Notes under the pieces: model-generated | Told to the model about the DNA's origin: nothing | The model's database searches: none | Seen by the model: the letters and a program-made list of their open reading frames with translations, nothing else | NCBI GenBank assembly: GCA_964057225.1 | Contig: OZ059900.1 | Coordinates: 17,794,001 to 17,858,000 of the forward strand | Reading direction: 5' to 3' | DNA from: Auanema rhodensis | Taxonomy: Eukaryota; Animalia; Nematoda | DNA length: 64,000 nt | Program-made: the position numbers and the translations under genes | Part shown: one piece after another, positions 25,201-39,100 of the stretch | Layout of the letters: the number at the start of each line of letters is the position of its first letter | Numbering within the stretch: the first letter of the stretch is position 1

Positions 25201-28200
25201 AACCTTGTTTACAGCGAAATTTCCAAAAACTCGTTTTCCAGCATAATAAAATATTTCTCATGGGAAATACTGTGTTTTTGTATTTTTTTAGTGTTCAGCA
25301 TGTAAAATGCTTCATTTTAGTATGTGACACGCTGAAATTAATTGCATTTGACGACTCATATGAACAAAAATCGATTTAATCAATATTAGCCATAAGGGGC
25401 GTGCCCTCAGAATATGCTAATTTCCTCAATTTTCTAACCCCTGTTTTTTTGTCGTGAAAGTGGAACTAGACGTTGTACGAACAATTTTGAGCTAGGTTTC
25501 ATTGACATTGCATGAGTTTGAACACATGAAATCGTAAGTCAAAACCTTGTTTACAGCGAAATTTCCAAAAACTGGTTTTCCAGCATAATAAAATATTTCT
25601 CATGGGAAATACTGTGTTTTTGTATTTTTATAGTGTTCAGCATGTAAAATGTTTCATTTTAGTATGTAACACGCTGAAATTCGTTGCATTTGACGACTCA
25701 TATGAACAAAAATCGATTTAATCAATATAAGCCATAAAGGGCGTGCCCTCAGAATCTGCTAATTTCCTTAATTTTCTAACCCCTGTTTTTTTGTCGTGAA
25801 AGTGGAACTAGACGTTGTAGGAACAATTTTGAGCTAGATTTCATTGACATTGCATGAGTTTGAACACATGAAATCGTAAGTCAAAACCTTGTTTACAGCG
25901 AAATTTCCAAAAACTCGTTTTCCAGCATAATAAAATATTTCTCATGGGAAATACTGTGTTTTTGTATTTTTTTAGTGTTCAGCATGTAAAATGCTTCATT
26001 TTAGTATGTGACACGCTGAAATTAATTGCATTTGACGACTCATATGAACAAAAATCGATTTAATCAATATTAGCCATAAGGGGCGTGCCCTCAGAATATG
26101 CTAATTTCCTCAATTTTCTAACCCCTGTTTTTTTGTCGTGAAAGTGGAACTAGACGTTGTACGAACAATTTTGAGCTAGGTTTCATTGACATTGCATGAG
26201 TTTGAACACATGAAATCGTAAGTCAAAACCTTGTTTACAGCGAAATTTCCAAAAACTGGTTTTCCAGCATAATAAAATATTTCTCATGGGAAATACTGTG
26301 TTTTTGTATTTTTCTAGTGTTCAGCATGTGAAATGCTTCATTTTAGTATGTAACACGCTGAAATTCGTTGCATTTGACGACTCATATGAACAAAAATCGA
26401 TTTAATCAATATTAGCCATAAGGGGCGTGCCCTCAGAATATGCTAATTTCCTTAATTTTCTAATCCCTGTTTTGTTGTCGTGAAAGTGGAACTAGACGTT
26501 GTAGGAACAATTTTGAGCTAGGTTTCATTGACATTGCATGAGTTTGAACACATGAAATCGTAAGTCAAAACCTTGTTTACAGCGAAATTTCCAAAAACTG
26601 GTTTTCCAGCATAATAAAATATTTCTCATGGGAAATACTGTGTTTTTGTATTTTTATAGTGTTCAGCATGTAAAATGCTTCATTTTAGTATGTAACACGC
26701 TGAAATTCGTTGCATTTGACGACTCATATGAACAAAAATCGATTTAATCAATATTAGCCATAAGAGGCGTGCCCTCAGAATATGCTAATTTCCTTAATTT
26801 TCTAACCCCTGTTTTTTTGTCGTGAAAGTGGAACTAGACGTTGTAGGAACAATTTTGAGCTAGGTTTCATTGACATTGCATGAGTTTGAACACATGAAAT
26901 CGTAAGTCAAAACCTTGTTTACAGCGAAATTTCCAAAAACTGGTTTTCCAGCATAATAAAATATTTCTCATAGGAAATACTGTGTTTTTGTATTTTTCTA
27001 GTGTTCAGCATGTGAAATGCTTCATTTTAGTATGTAACACGCTGAAATTCGTTGCATTTGACGACTCATATGAACAAAAATCGATTTAATCAATATTAGC
27101 CATAAGGGGCGTGCCCTCAGAATATGCTAATTTCCTTAATTTTCTAACCCCTGTTTTGTTGTCGTGAAAGTGGAACTAGACGTTGTAGGAACAATTTTGA
27201 GCTAGGTTTCATTGACATTGCATGAGTTTGAACACATGAAATCGTAAGTCAAAACCTTGTTTACAGCGAAATTTCCAAAAACTGGTTTTCCAGCATAATA
27301 AAATATTTCTCATGGGAAATACTGTGTTTTTGTATTTTTCTAGTGTTCAGCATGTAAAATGCTTCATTTTAGTATGTAACACGCTGAAATTCGTTTCATT
27401 TGACGACTCATATGAACAAAAATCGATTTAATCAATATTAGCCATAAGGGGTGTGCCCTCAGAATATGCTAATTTCCTTAATTTTCTAACCCCTGTTTTT
27501 TTGTCGTGAAAGTGGAACTAGACGTTGTACGAACAATTTTGAGCTAGGTTTCATTGACATTGCATGAGTTTGAACACATGAAATCGTAAGTCAAAACCTT
27601 GTTTACAGCGAAATTTCCAAAAACTGGTTTTCCAGCATAATAAAATATTTCTCATGGGAAATACTGTGTTTTTGTATTTTTATAGTGTTCAGCATGTAAA
27701 ATGCTTCATTTTAGTATGTAACACGCTGAAATTCGTTGCATTTGACGACTCATATGAACAAAAATCGATTTAATCAATATTAGCCATAAGAGGCGTGCCC
27801 TCAGAATATGCTAATTTCCTTAATTTTCTAACCCCTGTTTTTTTGTCGTGAAAGTGGAACTAGACGTTGTAGGAACAATTTTGAGCTAGGTTTCATTGAC
27901 ATTGCATGAGTTTGAACACATGAAATCGTAAGTCAAAACCTTGTTTACAGCGAAATTTCCAAAAACTGGTTTTCCAGCATAATAAAATATTTCTCATAGG
28001 AAATACTGTGTTTTTGTATTTTTCTAGTGTTCAGCATGTGAAATGCTTCATTTTAGTATGTAACACGCTGAAATTCGTTGCATTTGACGACTCATATGAA
28101 CAAAAATCGATTTAATCAATATTAGCCATAAGGGGCGTGCCCTCAGAATATGCTAATTTCCTTAATTTTCTAACCCCTGTTTTGTTGTCGTGAAAGTGGA

Positions 28201-28733
28201 ACTAGACGTTGTAGGAACAATTTTGAGCTAGGTTTCATTGACATTGCATGAGTTTGAACACATGAAATCGTAAGTCAAAACCTTGTTTACAGCGAAATTT
28301 CCAAAAACTGGTTTTCCAGCATAATAAAATATTTCTCATGGGAAATACTGTGTTTTTGTATTTTTCTAGTGTTCAGCATGTAAAATGCTTCATTTTAGTA
28401 TGTAACACGCTGAAATTCGTTTCATTTGACGACTCATATGAACAAAAATCGATTTAATCAATATTAGCCATAAGGGGTGTGCCCTCAGAATATGCTAATT
28501 TCCTTAATTTTCTAACCCCTGTTTTTTTGTCGTGAAAGTGGAACTAGACGTTGTACGAACAATTTTGAGCTAGGTTTCATTGACATTGCATGAGTTTGAA
28601 CACATGAAATCGTAAGTCAAAACCTTGTTTACAGCGAAATTTCCAAAAACTGGTTTTCCAGCATAATAAAATATTTCTCATGGGAAATACTGTGTTTTTG
28701 TATTTTTATAGTGTTCAGCATGTAAAATGCTTC

Positions 28734-29146
28734 ATTTTAGTATGTAACACGCTGAAATTCGTTGCATTTGACGACTCATATGAACAAAAATCGATTTAAT
28801 CAATATTAGCCATAAGAGGCGTGCCCTCAGAATATGCTAATTTCCTTAATTTTCTAACCCCTGTTTTTTTGTCGTGAAAGTGGAACTAGACGTTGTAATA
28901 ACAATTTTGAGCTAGGTTTCATTGACATTGCATGAGTTTGAACACATGAAATCGTAAGTCAAAACCTTGTTTACAGCGAAATTTCAAAAACTGGTTTTCC
29001 AGCATAATAAAATATTTCTCATGGGAAATACTGTGTTTTTGTATTTTTCTAGTGTTCAAAAACTGGTTTTCCAGCATAATAAAATATTTCTCATGGGAAA
29101 TACTGTGTTTTTGTATTTTTCTAGTGTTCAGCATGTAAAATGCTTC
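28734..29146 (+). repeat. 413-bp variant monomer, copy 6
   Basis: Same 72-bp duplication (28983-29130); equals copy 1 + 23,603. Confidence 0.96.
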
Positions 29147-31881
29147 ATTTTAGTATGTAACACGCTGAAATTCGTTTCATTTGACGACTCATATGAACAA
29201 AAATCGATTTAATCAATATTAGCCATAAGGGGCGTGCCCTCAGAATATGCTAATTTCCTTACTTTTCTAACCCCTGTTTTTTTGTCGTGAAAGTGGAACT
29301 AGACGTTGTAGGAACAATTTTGAGCTAGGTTTCATTGACATTGCATGAGTTTGCACACATGAAATCGTAAGTCAAAACCTTGTTTACAGCGAAATTTCCA
29401 AAAACTGGTTTTCCAGCATAATAAAATATTTCTCATGGGAAATACTGTGTTTTTGTATTTTTATAGTGTTCAGCATGTAAAATGTTTCATTTTAGTATGT
29501 AACACGCTGAAATTCGTTGCATTTGACGACTCATATGAACAAACATCGATTTAATCAATATTAGCCATAAAGGGCGTGCCCTCAGAATATGCTAATTTCC
29601 TTAATTTTCTAACCCCTGTTTTGTTGTCGTGAAAGTGGAACTAGACGTTGTAGGAACAATTTTGAGCTAGGTTTCATTGACATTGCATGAGTTTGAACAC
29701 ATGAAATCGTAAGTCAAAACCTTGTTTACAGCGAACTTTCCAAAAACTGGTTTTCCAGCATAATAAAATATTTCTTATGGGAAATACTGTGTTTTTGTAT
29801 TTTTCTAGTGTTCAGCATGTGAAATGCTTCATTTTAGTATGTAACACGCTGAAATTCGTTGCATTTGACGACTCATATGAACAAAAATCGATTTAATCAA
29901 TATTAGCCATAAGGGGCGTGCCCTCAGAATATGCTAATTTCCTTAATTTTCTAACCCCTGTTTTGTTGTCGTGAAAGTGGAACTAGACGTTGTAGGAACA
30001 ATTTTGAGCTAGGTTTCATTGACATTGCATGAGTTTGAACACATGAAATCGTAAGTCAAAACCTTGTTTACAGCGAAATTTCTAAAAACTGGTTTTCCAG
30101 CATAATAAAATATTTCTCATGGGAAATACTGTGTTTTTGTATTTTTCTAGTGTTCAGCATGTAAAATGCTTCATTTTAGTATGTAACACGCTGAAATTCG
30201 TTGCATTTGACGACTCATATGAACAAAAATCGATTTAATCAATATTAGCCATAAGGGGCGTGCCCTCAGAATATGCTAATTTCCTTAATTTTCTAACCCC
30301 TGTTTTTTGTCGTGAAAGTGGAACTAGACGTTGTAGGAACAATTTTGAGCTAGGTTTCATTGACATTGCATGAGTTTGAACACATGAAATCGTAAGTCAA
30401 AACCTTGTTTACAGCGAAATTTCCAAAAACTGGTTTTCCAGCATAATAAAATATTTCTCATGGGAAATACTGTGTTTTTGTATTTTTATAGTGTTCAGCA
30501 TGTAAAATGCTTCATTTTAGTATGTAACACGCTGAAATTCGTTGCATTTGACGACTCATATGAACAAAAATCGATTTAATCAATATTAGCCATAAGGGGC
30601 GTGCCCTCAGAATATGCTAATTTCCTTAATTTTCTAACCCCTGTTTTTTTGTCGTGAAAGTGGAATTAGACGTTGTAGGAACAATTTTGAGCTAGGTTTC
30701 ATTGACATTGCATGAGTTTGAACACATGAAATCGTAAGTCAAAACCTTGTTTACAGCGAAACTTCCAAAAACTGGTTTTCCAGCATAATAAAATATTTCT
30801 CATGGGAAATACTGTGTTTTTGTATTTTTATGGTGTTCAGCATGTAAAATGCTTCATTTTAGTATGTAACACGCTGAAATTCGTTGCATTTGACGACTCA
30901 TATGAACAAAAATCGATTTAATCAATATTAGCCATAAGGGGCGTGCCCTCAGAATATGCTAATTTCCTAAATTTTCTAACCCCTGTTTTTTTGTCGTGAA
31001 AGTGGAACTAGACGTTGTACGAACAATTTTGAGCTAGGTTTCATTGACATTGCATGAGTTTGAACACATGAAATCGTAAGTCAAAACCTTGTTTACAGCG
31101 AAATTTCCAAAAACTCGTTTTCCAGCATAATAAAATATTTCTCATGGGAAAAACTGTGTTTTTGTATTTTTCTAGTGTTCAGCATGTAAAATGCTTCATT
31201 TTAGTATGTAACACGCTGAAATTCGTTGCATTTGACGACTCATATGAACAAAAATCGATTTAATCAATATTAGCCATAAGGGGCGTGCCCTCAGAATATG
31301 CTAATTTCCTTAATTTTCTAACCCCTGTTTTTTTGTCGTGAAAGTGGAACTAGACGTTGTACGAACAATTTTGAGCTAGGTTTCATTGACATTGCATGAG
31401 TTTGAACACATGAAATCGTAAGTCAAAACCTTGTTTACAGCGAAATTTCCAAAAACTGGTTTTCCAGCATAATAAAATATTTCTCATGGGAAATACTGTG
31501 TTTTTGTATTTTTCTAGTGTTCAGCATGTGAAATGCTTCATTTTAGTATGTAACACGCTGAAATTCGTTGCATTTGACGACTCATATGAACCAAAATCGA
31601 TTTAATCAATATTAGCCATAAGGGGTGTGCCCTCAGAATATGCTAATTTCCTTAATTTTCTAACCCCTGTTTTGTTGTCGTGAAAGTGGAACTAGACGTT
31701 GTAGGAACAATTTTGAGCTAGGTTTCATTGACATTGCATGAGTTTGAACACATGAAATCGTAAGTCAAAACCTTGTTTACAGCGAAATTTCCAAAAACTG
31801 GTTTTCCAGCATAATAAAATATTTCTCATGGGAAATACTGTGTTTTTGTATTTTTATAGTGTTCAGCATGTAAAATGCTTC

Positions 31882-32294
31882 ATTTTAGTATGTAACACGC
31901 TGAAATTCGTTGCATTTGACGACTCATATGAACAAAAATCGATTTAATCAATATTAGCCATAAGAGGCGTGCCCTCAGAATATGCTAATTTCCTTAATTT
32001 TCTAACCCCTGTTTTTTTGTCGTGAAAGTGGAACTAGACGTTGTAATAACAATTTTGAGCTAGGTTTCATTGACATTGCATGAGTTTGAACACATGAAAT
32101 CGTAAGTCAAAACCTTGTTTACAGCGAAATTTCAAAAACTGGTTTTCCAGCATAATAAAATATTTCTCATGGGAAATACTGTGTTTTTGTATTTTTCTAG
32201 TGTTCAAAAACTGGTTTTCCAGCATAATAAAATATTTCTCATGGGAAATACTGTGTTTTTGTATTTTTCTAGTGTTCAGCATGTAAAATGCTTC
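31882..32294 (+). repeat. 413-bp variant monomer, copy 7
   Basis: Same 72-bp duplication (32131-32278); equals copy 2 + 23,603. Confidence 0.96.
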
Positions 32295-35200
32295 ATTTTA
32301 GTATGTAACACGCTGAAATTCGTTTCATTTGACGACTCATATGAACAAAAATCGATTTAATCAATATTAGCCATAAGGGGCGTGCCCTCAGAATATGCTA
32401 ATTTCCTTAATTTTCTAACCCCTGTTTTTTTGTCGTGAAAGTGGAACTAGACGTTGTAGGAACAATTTTGAGCTAGATTTCATTGACATTGCATGAGTTT
32501 GAACACATGAAATCGTAAGTCAAAACCTTGTTTACAGCGAAATTTCCAAAAACTGGTTTTCCAGCATAATAAAATATTTCTCATGGGAAATACTGTGTTT
32601 TTGTATTTTTATAGTGTTCAGCATGTAAAATGTTTCATTTTAGTATGTAACACGCTGAAATTCGTTGCATTTGACGACTCATATGAACAAAAATCGATTT
32701 AATCAATATTAGCCATAAAGGGCGTGCCCTCAGAATATGCTAATTTCCTTAATTTTCTAACCCCTGTTTTGTTGTCGTGAAAGTGGAACTAGACGTTGTA
32801 GGAACAATTTTGAGCTAGGTTTCATTGACATTGCATGAGTTTGAACACATGAAATCGTAAGTCAAAACCTTGTTTACAGCGAAATTTCCAAAAACTGGTT
32901 TTCCAGCATAATAAAATATTTCTCATGGGAAATACTGTGTTTTTGTATTTTTCTAGTGTTCAGCATGTAAAATGCTTCATTTTAGTATGTAACACGCTGA
33001 AATTCGTTGCATTTGACGACTCATATGAACAAAAATCGATTTAATCAATATTAGCCATAAGGGTCGTGCCCTCAGAATATGCTAATTTCCTTAATTTTCT
33101 AACCCCTGTTTTTTTGTCGTGAAAGTGGAACTAGACGTTGTAGGAACAGTTTTGAGCTAGGTTTCATTGACATTGCATGAGTTTGAACACATGAAATCGT
33201 AAGTCAAAACCTTGTTTACAGCGAAATTTCCAAAAACTGGTTTTCCAGCATAATAAAATATTTCTCATGGGAAATACTGTGTTTTTGTATTTTTCTAGTG
33301 TTCAGCATGTAAAATGCTTCATTTTAGTATGTAACACGCTGAAATTCGTTGCATTTGACGACTCATATGAACAAAAATCGATTTAATCAATATTAGCCAT
33401 AAGGGGCGTGCCCTCAGAATATGCTAATTTCCTTAATTTTCTAACCCCTGTTTTTTGTCGTGAAAGTGGAACTAGACGTTGTAGGAACAATTTTGAGCTA
33501 GGTTTCATTGACATTGCATGAGTTTGAACACATGAAATCGTAAGTCAAAACCTTGTTTACAGCGAAATTTCCAAAAACTGGTTTTCCAGCATAATAAAAT
33601 ATTTCTCATGGGAAATACTGTGTTTTTGTATTTTTATAGTGTTCAGCATGTAAAATGCTTCATTTTAGTATGTAACACGCTGAAATTCGTTGCATTTGAC
33701 GACTCATATGAACAAAAATCGATTTAATCAATATTAGCCATAAGGGGCGTGCCCTCAGAATATGCTAATTTCCTTAATTTTCTAACCCCTGTTTTTTTGT
33801 CGTGAAAGTGGAATTAGACGTTGTAGGAACAATTTTGAGCTAGGTTTCATTGACATTGCATGAGTTTGAACACATGAAATCGTAAGTCAAAACCTTGTTT
33901 ACAGCGAAACTTCCAAAAACTGGTTTTCCAGCATAATAAAATATTTCTCATGGGAAATACTGTGTTTTTGTATTTTTATGGTGTTCAGCATGTAAAATGC
34001 TTCATTTTAGTATGTAACACGCTGAAATTCGTTGCATTTGACGACTCATATGAACAAAAATCGATTTAATCAATATTAGCCATAAGGGTCGTGCCCTCAG
34101 AATATGCTAATTTCCTTAATTTTCTAACCCCTGTTTTTTTGTCGTGAAAGTGGAACTAGACGTTGTAGGAACAGTTTTGAGCTAGGTTTCATTGACATTG
34201 CATGAGTTTGAACACATGAAATCGTAAGTCAAAACCTTGTTTACAGCGAAATTTCCAAAAAGTGGTTTTCCAGCATAATAAAATATTTCTCATGGGAAAT
34301 ACTGTGTTTTTGTATTTTTCTAGTGTTCAGCATGTAAAATGCTTCATTTAAGTATGTGACACGCTGAAATTCGTTGCATTTGACGACTCATATGAACAAA
34401 AATCGATTTAATCAATATTAGCCATAAGGGGCGTGCCCTCAGATTATGCTAATTTCCTTAATTTTCTAACCCCTGTTTTTTGTCGTGAAAGTGGAACTAG
34501 ACGTTGTAGGAACAATTTTGAGCTAGGTTTCATTGACATTGCATGAGTTTGAACACATGAAATCGTAAGTCAAAACCTTGTTTACAGCGAAATTTCCAAA
34601 AACTGGTTTTCCAGCATAATAAAATATTTCTCATGGGAAATACTGTGTTTTTGTATTTTTCTAGTGTTCAGCATGCAAAATACTTCATTTTAGTATGTAA
34701 CACGCTGAAATTCGTTGCATTTGACGACTCATATGAACAAAAATCGATTTAATCAATATTAGCCATAAGGGGCGTGCCCTCAGAATATGCTAATTTCCTA
34801 AATTTTCTAACCCCTGTTTTTTTGTCGTGAAAGTGGAACTAGACGTTGTACGAACAATTTTGAGCTAGGTTTCATTGACATTGCATGAGTTTGAACACAT
34901 GAAATCGTAAGTCAAAACCTTGTTTACAGCGAAATTTCCAAAAACTGGTTTTCCAGCATAATAAAATATTTCTCATGGGAAAAACTGTGTTTTTGTATTT
35001 TTCTAGTGTTCAGCATGTAAAATGCTTCATTTTAGTATGTAACACGCTGAAATTCGTTGCATTTGACGACTCATATGAACAAAAATCGATTTAATCAATA
35101 TTAGCCATAAGAGGCGTGCCCTCAGAATATGCTAATTTCCTTAATTTTCTAACCCCTGTTTTTTTGTCGTGAAAGTGGAACTAGACGTTGTAGGAACAAT

Positions 35201-35712
35201 TTTGAGCTAGATTTCATTGACATTGCATGAGTTTGAACACATGAAATCGTAAGTCAAAACCTTGTTTACAGCGAAAATTCCAAAAACTGGTTTTCCAGCA
35301 TAATAAAATATTTCTCATGGGAAATACTGTGTTTTTGTATTTTTCTAGTGTTCAGCATGTAAAATGCTTCATTTAAGTATGTGACACGCTGAAATTCGTT
35401 GCATTTGACGACTCATATGAACAAAAATCGATTTAATCAATATTAGCCATAAGGGGCGTGCCCTCAGAATATGCTAATTTCCTTAATTTTCTAACCCCTG
35501 TTTTGTTGTCGTGAAAGTGGAACTAGACGTTGTAGGAACAATTTTGAGCTAGGTTTCATTGACATTGCATGAGTTTGAACACATGAAATCGTAAGTCAAA
35601 ACCTTGTTTACAGCGAAATTTCCAAAAACTGGTTTTCCAGCATAATAAAATATTTCTCATGGGAAATACTGTGTTTTTGTATTTTTATAGTGTTCAGCAT
35701 GTAAAATGCTTC

Positions 35713-36125
35713 ATTTTAGTATGTAACACGCTGAAATTCGTTGCATTTGACGACTCATATGAACAAAAATCGATTTAATCAATATTAGCCATAAGAGGCG
35801 TGCCCTCAGAATATGCTAATTTCCTTAATTTTCTAACCCCTGTTTTTTTGTCGTGAAAGTGGAACTAGACGTTGTAATAACAATTTTGAGCTAGGTTTCA
35901 TTGACATTGCATGAGTTTGAACACATGAAATCGTAAGTCAAAACCTTGTTTACAGCGAAATTTCAAAAACTGGTTTTCCAGCATAATAAAATATTTCTCA
36001 TGGGAAATACTGTGTTTTTGTATTTTTCTAGTGTTCAAAAACTGGTTTTCCAGCATAATAAAATATTTCTCATGGGAAATACTGTGTTTTTGTATTTTTC
36101 TAGTGTTCAGCATGTAAAATGCTTC
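35713..36125 (+). repeat. 413-bp variant monomer, copy 8 (last in window)
   Basis: Same 72-bp duplication (35962-36109); equals copy 3 + 23,603. Confidence 0.96.
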
Positions 36126-39100
36126 ATTTTAGTATGTAACACGCTGAAATTCGTTTCGTTTGACGACTCATATGAACAAAAATCGATTTAATCAATATTA
36201 GCCATAAGGGGCGTGCCCTCAGAATATGCTAATTTCCTTAATTTTCTAACCCCTGTTTTTTTGTCGTGAAAGTGGAACTAGACGTTGTAGGAACAATTTT
36301 GAGCTAGGTTTCATTGACATTGCATGAGTTTGAACACATGAAATCGTAAGTCAAAACCTTGTTTACAGCGAAATTTCCAAAAACTGGTTTTCCAGCATAA
36401 TAAAATATTTCTCATGGGAAATACTGTGTTTTTGTATTTTTATAGTGTTCAGCATGTAAAATGTTTCATTTTAGTATGTAACACGCTGAAATTCGTTGCA
36501 TTTGACGACTCATATGAACAAAAATCGATTTAATCAATATTAGCCATAAAGGGCGTGCCCTCAGAATATGCTAATTTCCTTAATTTTCTAACCCCTGTTT
36601 TGTTGTCGTGAAAGTGGAACTAGACGTTGTAGGAACAATTTTGAGCTAGGTTTCATTGACATTGCATGAGTTTGAACACATGAAATCGTAAGTCAAAACC
36701 TTGTTTACAGCGAACTTTCCAAAAACTGGTTTTCCAGCATAATAAAATATTTCTTATGGGAAATACTGTGTTTTTGTATTTTTCTAGTGTTCAGCATGTG
36801 AAATGCTTCATTTTAGTATGTAACACGCTGAAATTCGTTGCATTTGACGACTCATATGAACAAAAATCGATTTAATCAATATTAGCCATAAGGGGCGTGC
36901 CCTCAGAATATGCTAATTTCCTTAATTTTCTAACCCCTGTTTTGTTGTCGTGAAAGTGGAACTAGACGTTGTAGGAACAATTTTGAGCTAGGTTTCATTG
37001 ACATTGCATGAGTTTGAACACATGAAATCGTAAGTCAAAACCTTGTTTACAGCGAAATTTCCAAAAACTGGTTTTCCAGCATAATAAAATATTTCTCATG
37101 GGAAATACTGTGTTTTTGTATTTTTCTAGTGTTCAGCATGTAAAATGCTTCATTTTAGTATGTAACACGCTGAAATTCGTTGCATTTGACGACTCATATG
37201 AACAAAAATCGATTTAATCAATATTAGCCATAAGGGGCGTGCCCTCAGAATATGCTAATTTCCTTAATTTTCTAACCCCTGTTTTTTGTCGTGAAAGTGG
37301 AACTAGACGTTGTAGGAACAATTTTGAGCTAGGTTTCATTGACATTGCATGAGTTTGAACACATGAAATCGTAAGTCAAAACCTTGTTTACAGCGAAATT
37401 TCCAAAAACTGGTTTTCCAGCATAATAAAATATTTCTCATGGGAAATACTGTGTTTTTGTATTTTTATAGTGTTCAGCATGTAAAATGCTTCATTTTAGT
37501 ATGTAACACGCTGAAATTCGTTGCATTTGACGACTCATATGAACAAAAATCGATTTAATCAATATTAGCCATAAAGGGCGTGCCCTCAGAATATGCTAAT
37601 TTCCTTAATTTTCTAACCCCTGTTTTGTTGTCGTGAAAGTGGAACTAGACGTTGTAGGAACAATTTTGAGCTAGGTTTCATTGACATTGCATGAGTTTGA
37701 ACACATGAAATCGTAAGTCAAAACCTTGTTTACAGCGAACTTTCCAAAAACTGGTTTTCCAGCATAATAAAATATTTCTTATGGGAAATACTGTGTTTTT
37801 GTATTTTTCTAGTGTTCAGCATGTGAAATGCTTCATTTTAGTATGTAACACGCTGAAATTCGTTGCATTTGACGACTCATATGAACAAAAATCGATTTAA
37901 TCAATATTAGCCATAAGGGGCGTGCCCTCAGAATATGCTAATTTCCTTAATTTTCTAACCCCTGTTTTGTTGTCGTGAAAGTGGAACTAGACGTTGTAGG
38001 AACAATTTTGAGCTAGGTTTCATTGACATTGCATGAGTTTGAACACATGAAATCGTAAGTCAAAACCTTGTTTACAGCGAAATTTCCAAAAACTGGTTTT
38101 CCAGCATAATAAAATATTTCTCATGGGAATACTGTGTTTTTGTATTTTTCTAGTGTTCAGCATGTAAAATGCTTCATTTTAGTATGTAACACGCTGAAAT
38201 TCGTTGCATTTGACGACTCATATGAACAAAAATCGATTTAATCAATATTAGCCATAAGGGGCGTGCCCTCAGAATATGCTAATTTCCTTAATTTTCTAAC
38301 CCCTGTTTTTTGTCGTGAAAGTGGAACTAGACGTTGTAGGAACAATTTTGAGCTAGGTTTCATTGACATTGCATGAGTTTGAACACATGAAATCGTAAGT
38401 CAAAACCTTGTTTACAGCGAAATTTCCAAAAACTGGTTTTCCAGCATAATAAAATATTTCTCATGGGAAATACTGTGTTTTTGTATTTTTATAGTGTTCA
38501 GCATGTAAAATGCTTCATTTTAGTATGTAACACGCTGAAATTCGTTGCATTTGACGACTCATATGAACAAAAATCGATTTAATCAATATTAGCCATAAGG
38601 GGCGTGCCCTCAGAATATGCTAATTTCCTTAATTTTCTAACCCCTGTTTTTTTGTCGTGAAAGTGGAATTAGACGTTGTAGGAACAATTTTGAGCTAGGT
38701 TTCATTGACATTGCATGAGTTTGAACACATGAAATCGTAAGTCAAAACCTTGTTTACAGCGAAACTTCCAAAAACTGGTTTTCCAGCATAATAAAATATT
38801 TCTCATGGGAAATACTGTGTTTTTGTATTTTTATGGTGTTCAGCATGTAAAATGCTTCATTTTAGTATGTAACACGCTGAAATTCGTTGCATTTGACGAC
38901 TCATATGAACAAAAATCGATTTAATCAATATTAGCCATAAGGGTCGTGCCCTCAGAATATGCTAATTTCCTTAATTTTCTAACCCCTGTTTTTTTGTCGT
39001 GAAAGTGGAACTAGACGTTGTAGGAACAGTTTTGAGCTAGGTTTCATTGACATTGCATGAGTTTGAACACATGAAATCGTAAGTCAAAACCTTGTTTACA

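Larger units (their letters stand above)
15860..25287 (+). repeat. Tandem block duplication with 4,858-bp (14-monomer) offset: ~15860-20429 matches ~20718-25287
   Basis: Long monomers at 16966/21824, GAACC marker at 15992/20850, and the same marker order throughout. Private SNP G17900 vs T22758. Confidence 0.85.
23604..38305 (+). repeat. Large block duplication within the array, copy B
   Basis: Marker order identical to 1-14700. I noticed one difference (C2861 vs T26464). Similarity ends at the T-tract near 14705/38308. Confidence 0.93.

Noticed and set aside
5316-36191. Eight pairs of overlapping 71-aa (-) and 81-aa (+) ORFs
   Set aside because: They pass the length cutoff only because the in-frame 72-bp duplication and 1-bp deletion extend short chance frames. 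The 24-aa peptide repeat simply mirrors the DNA duplication. One has a TTG start, and there is no recognisable domain or gene context.
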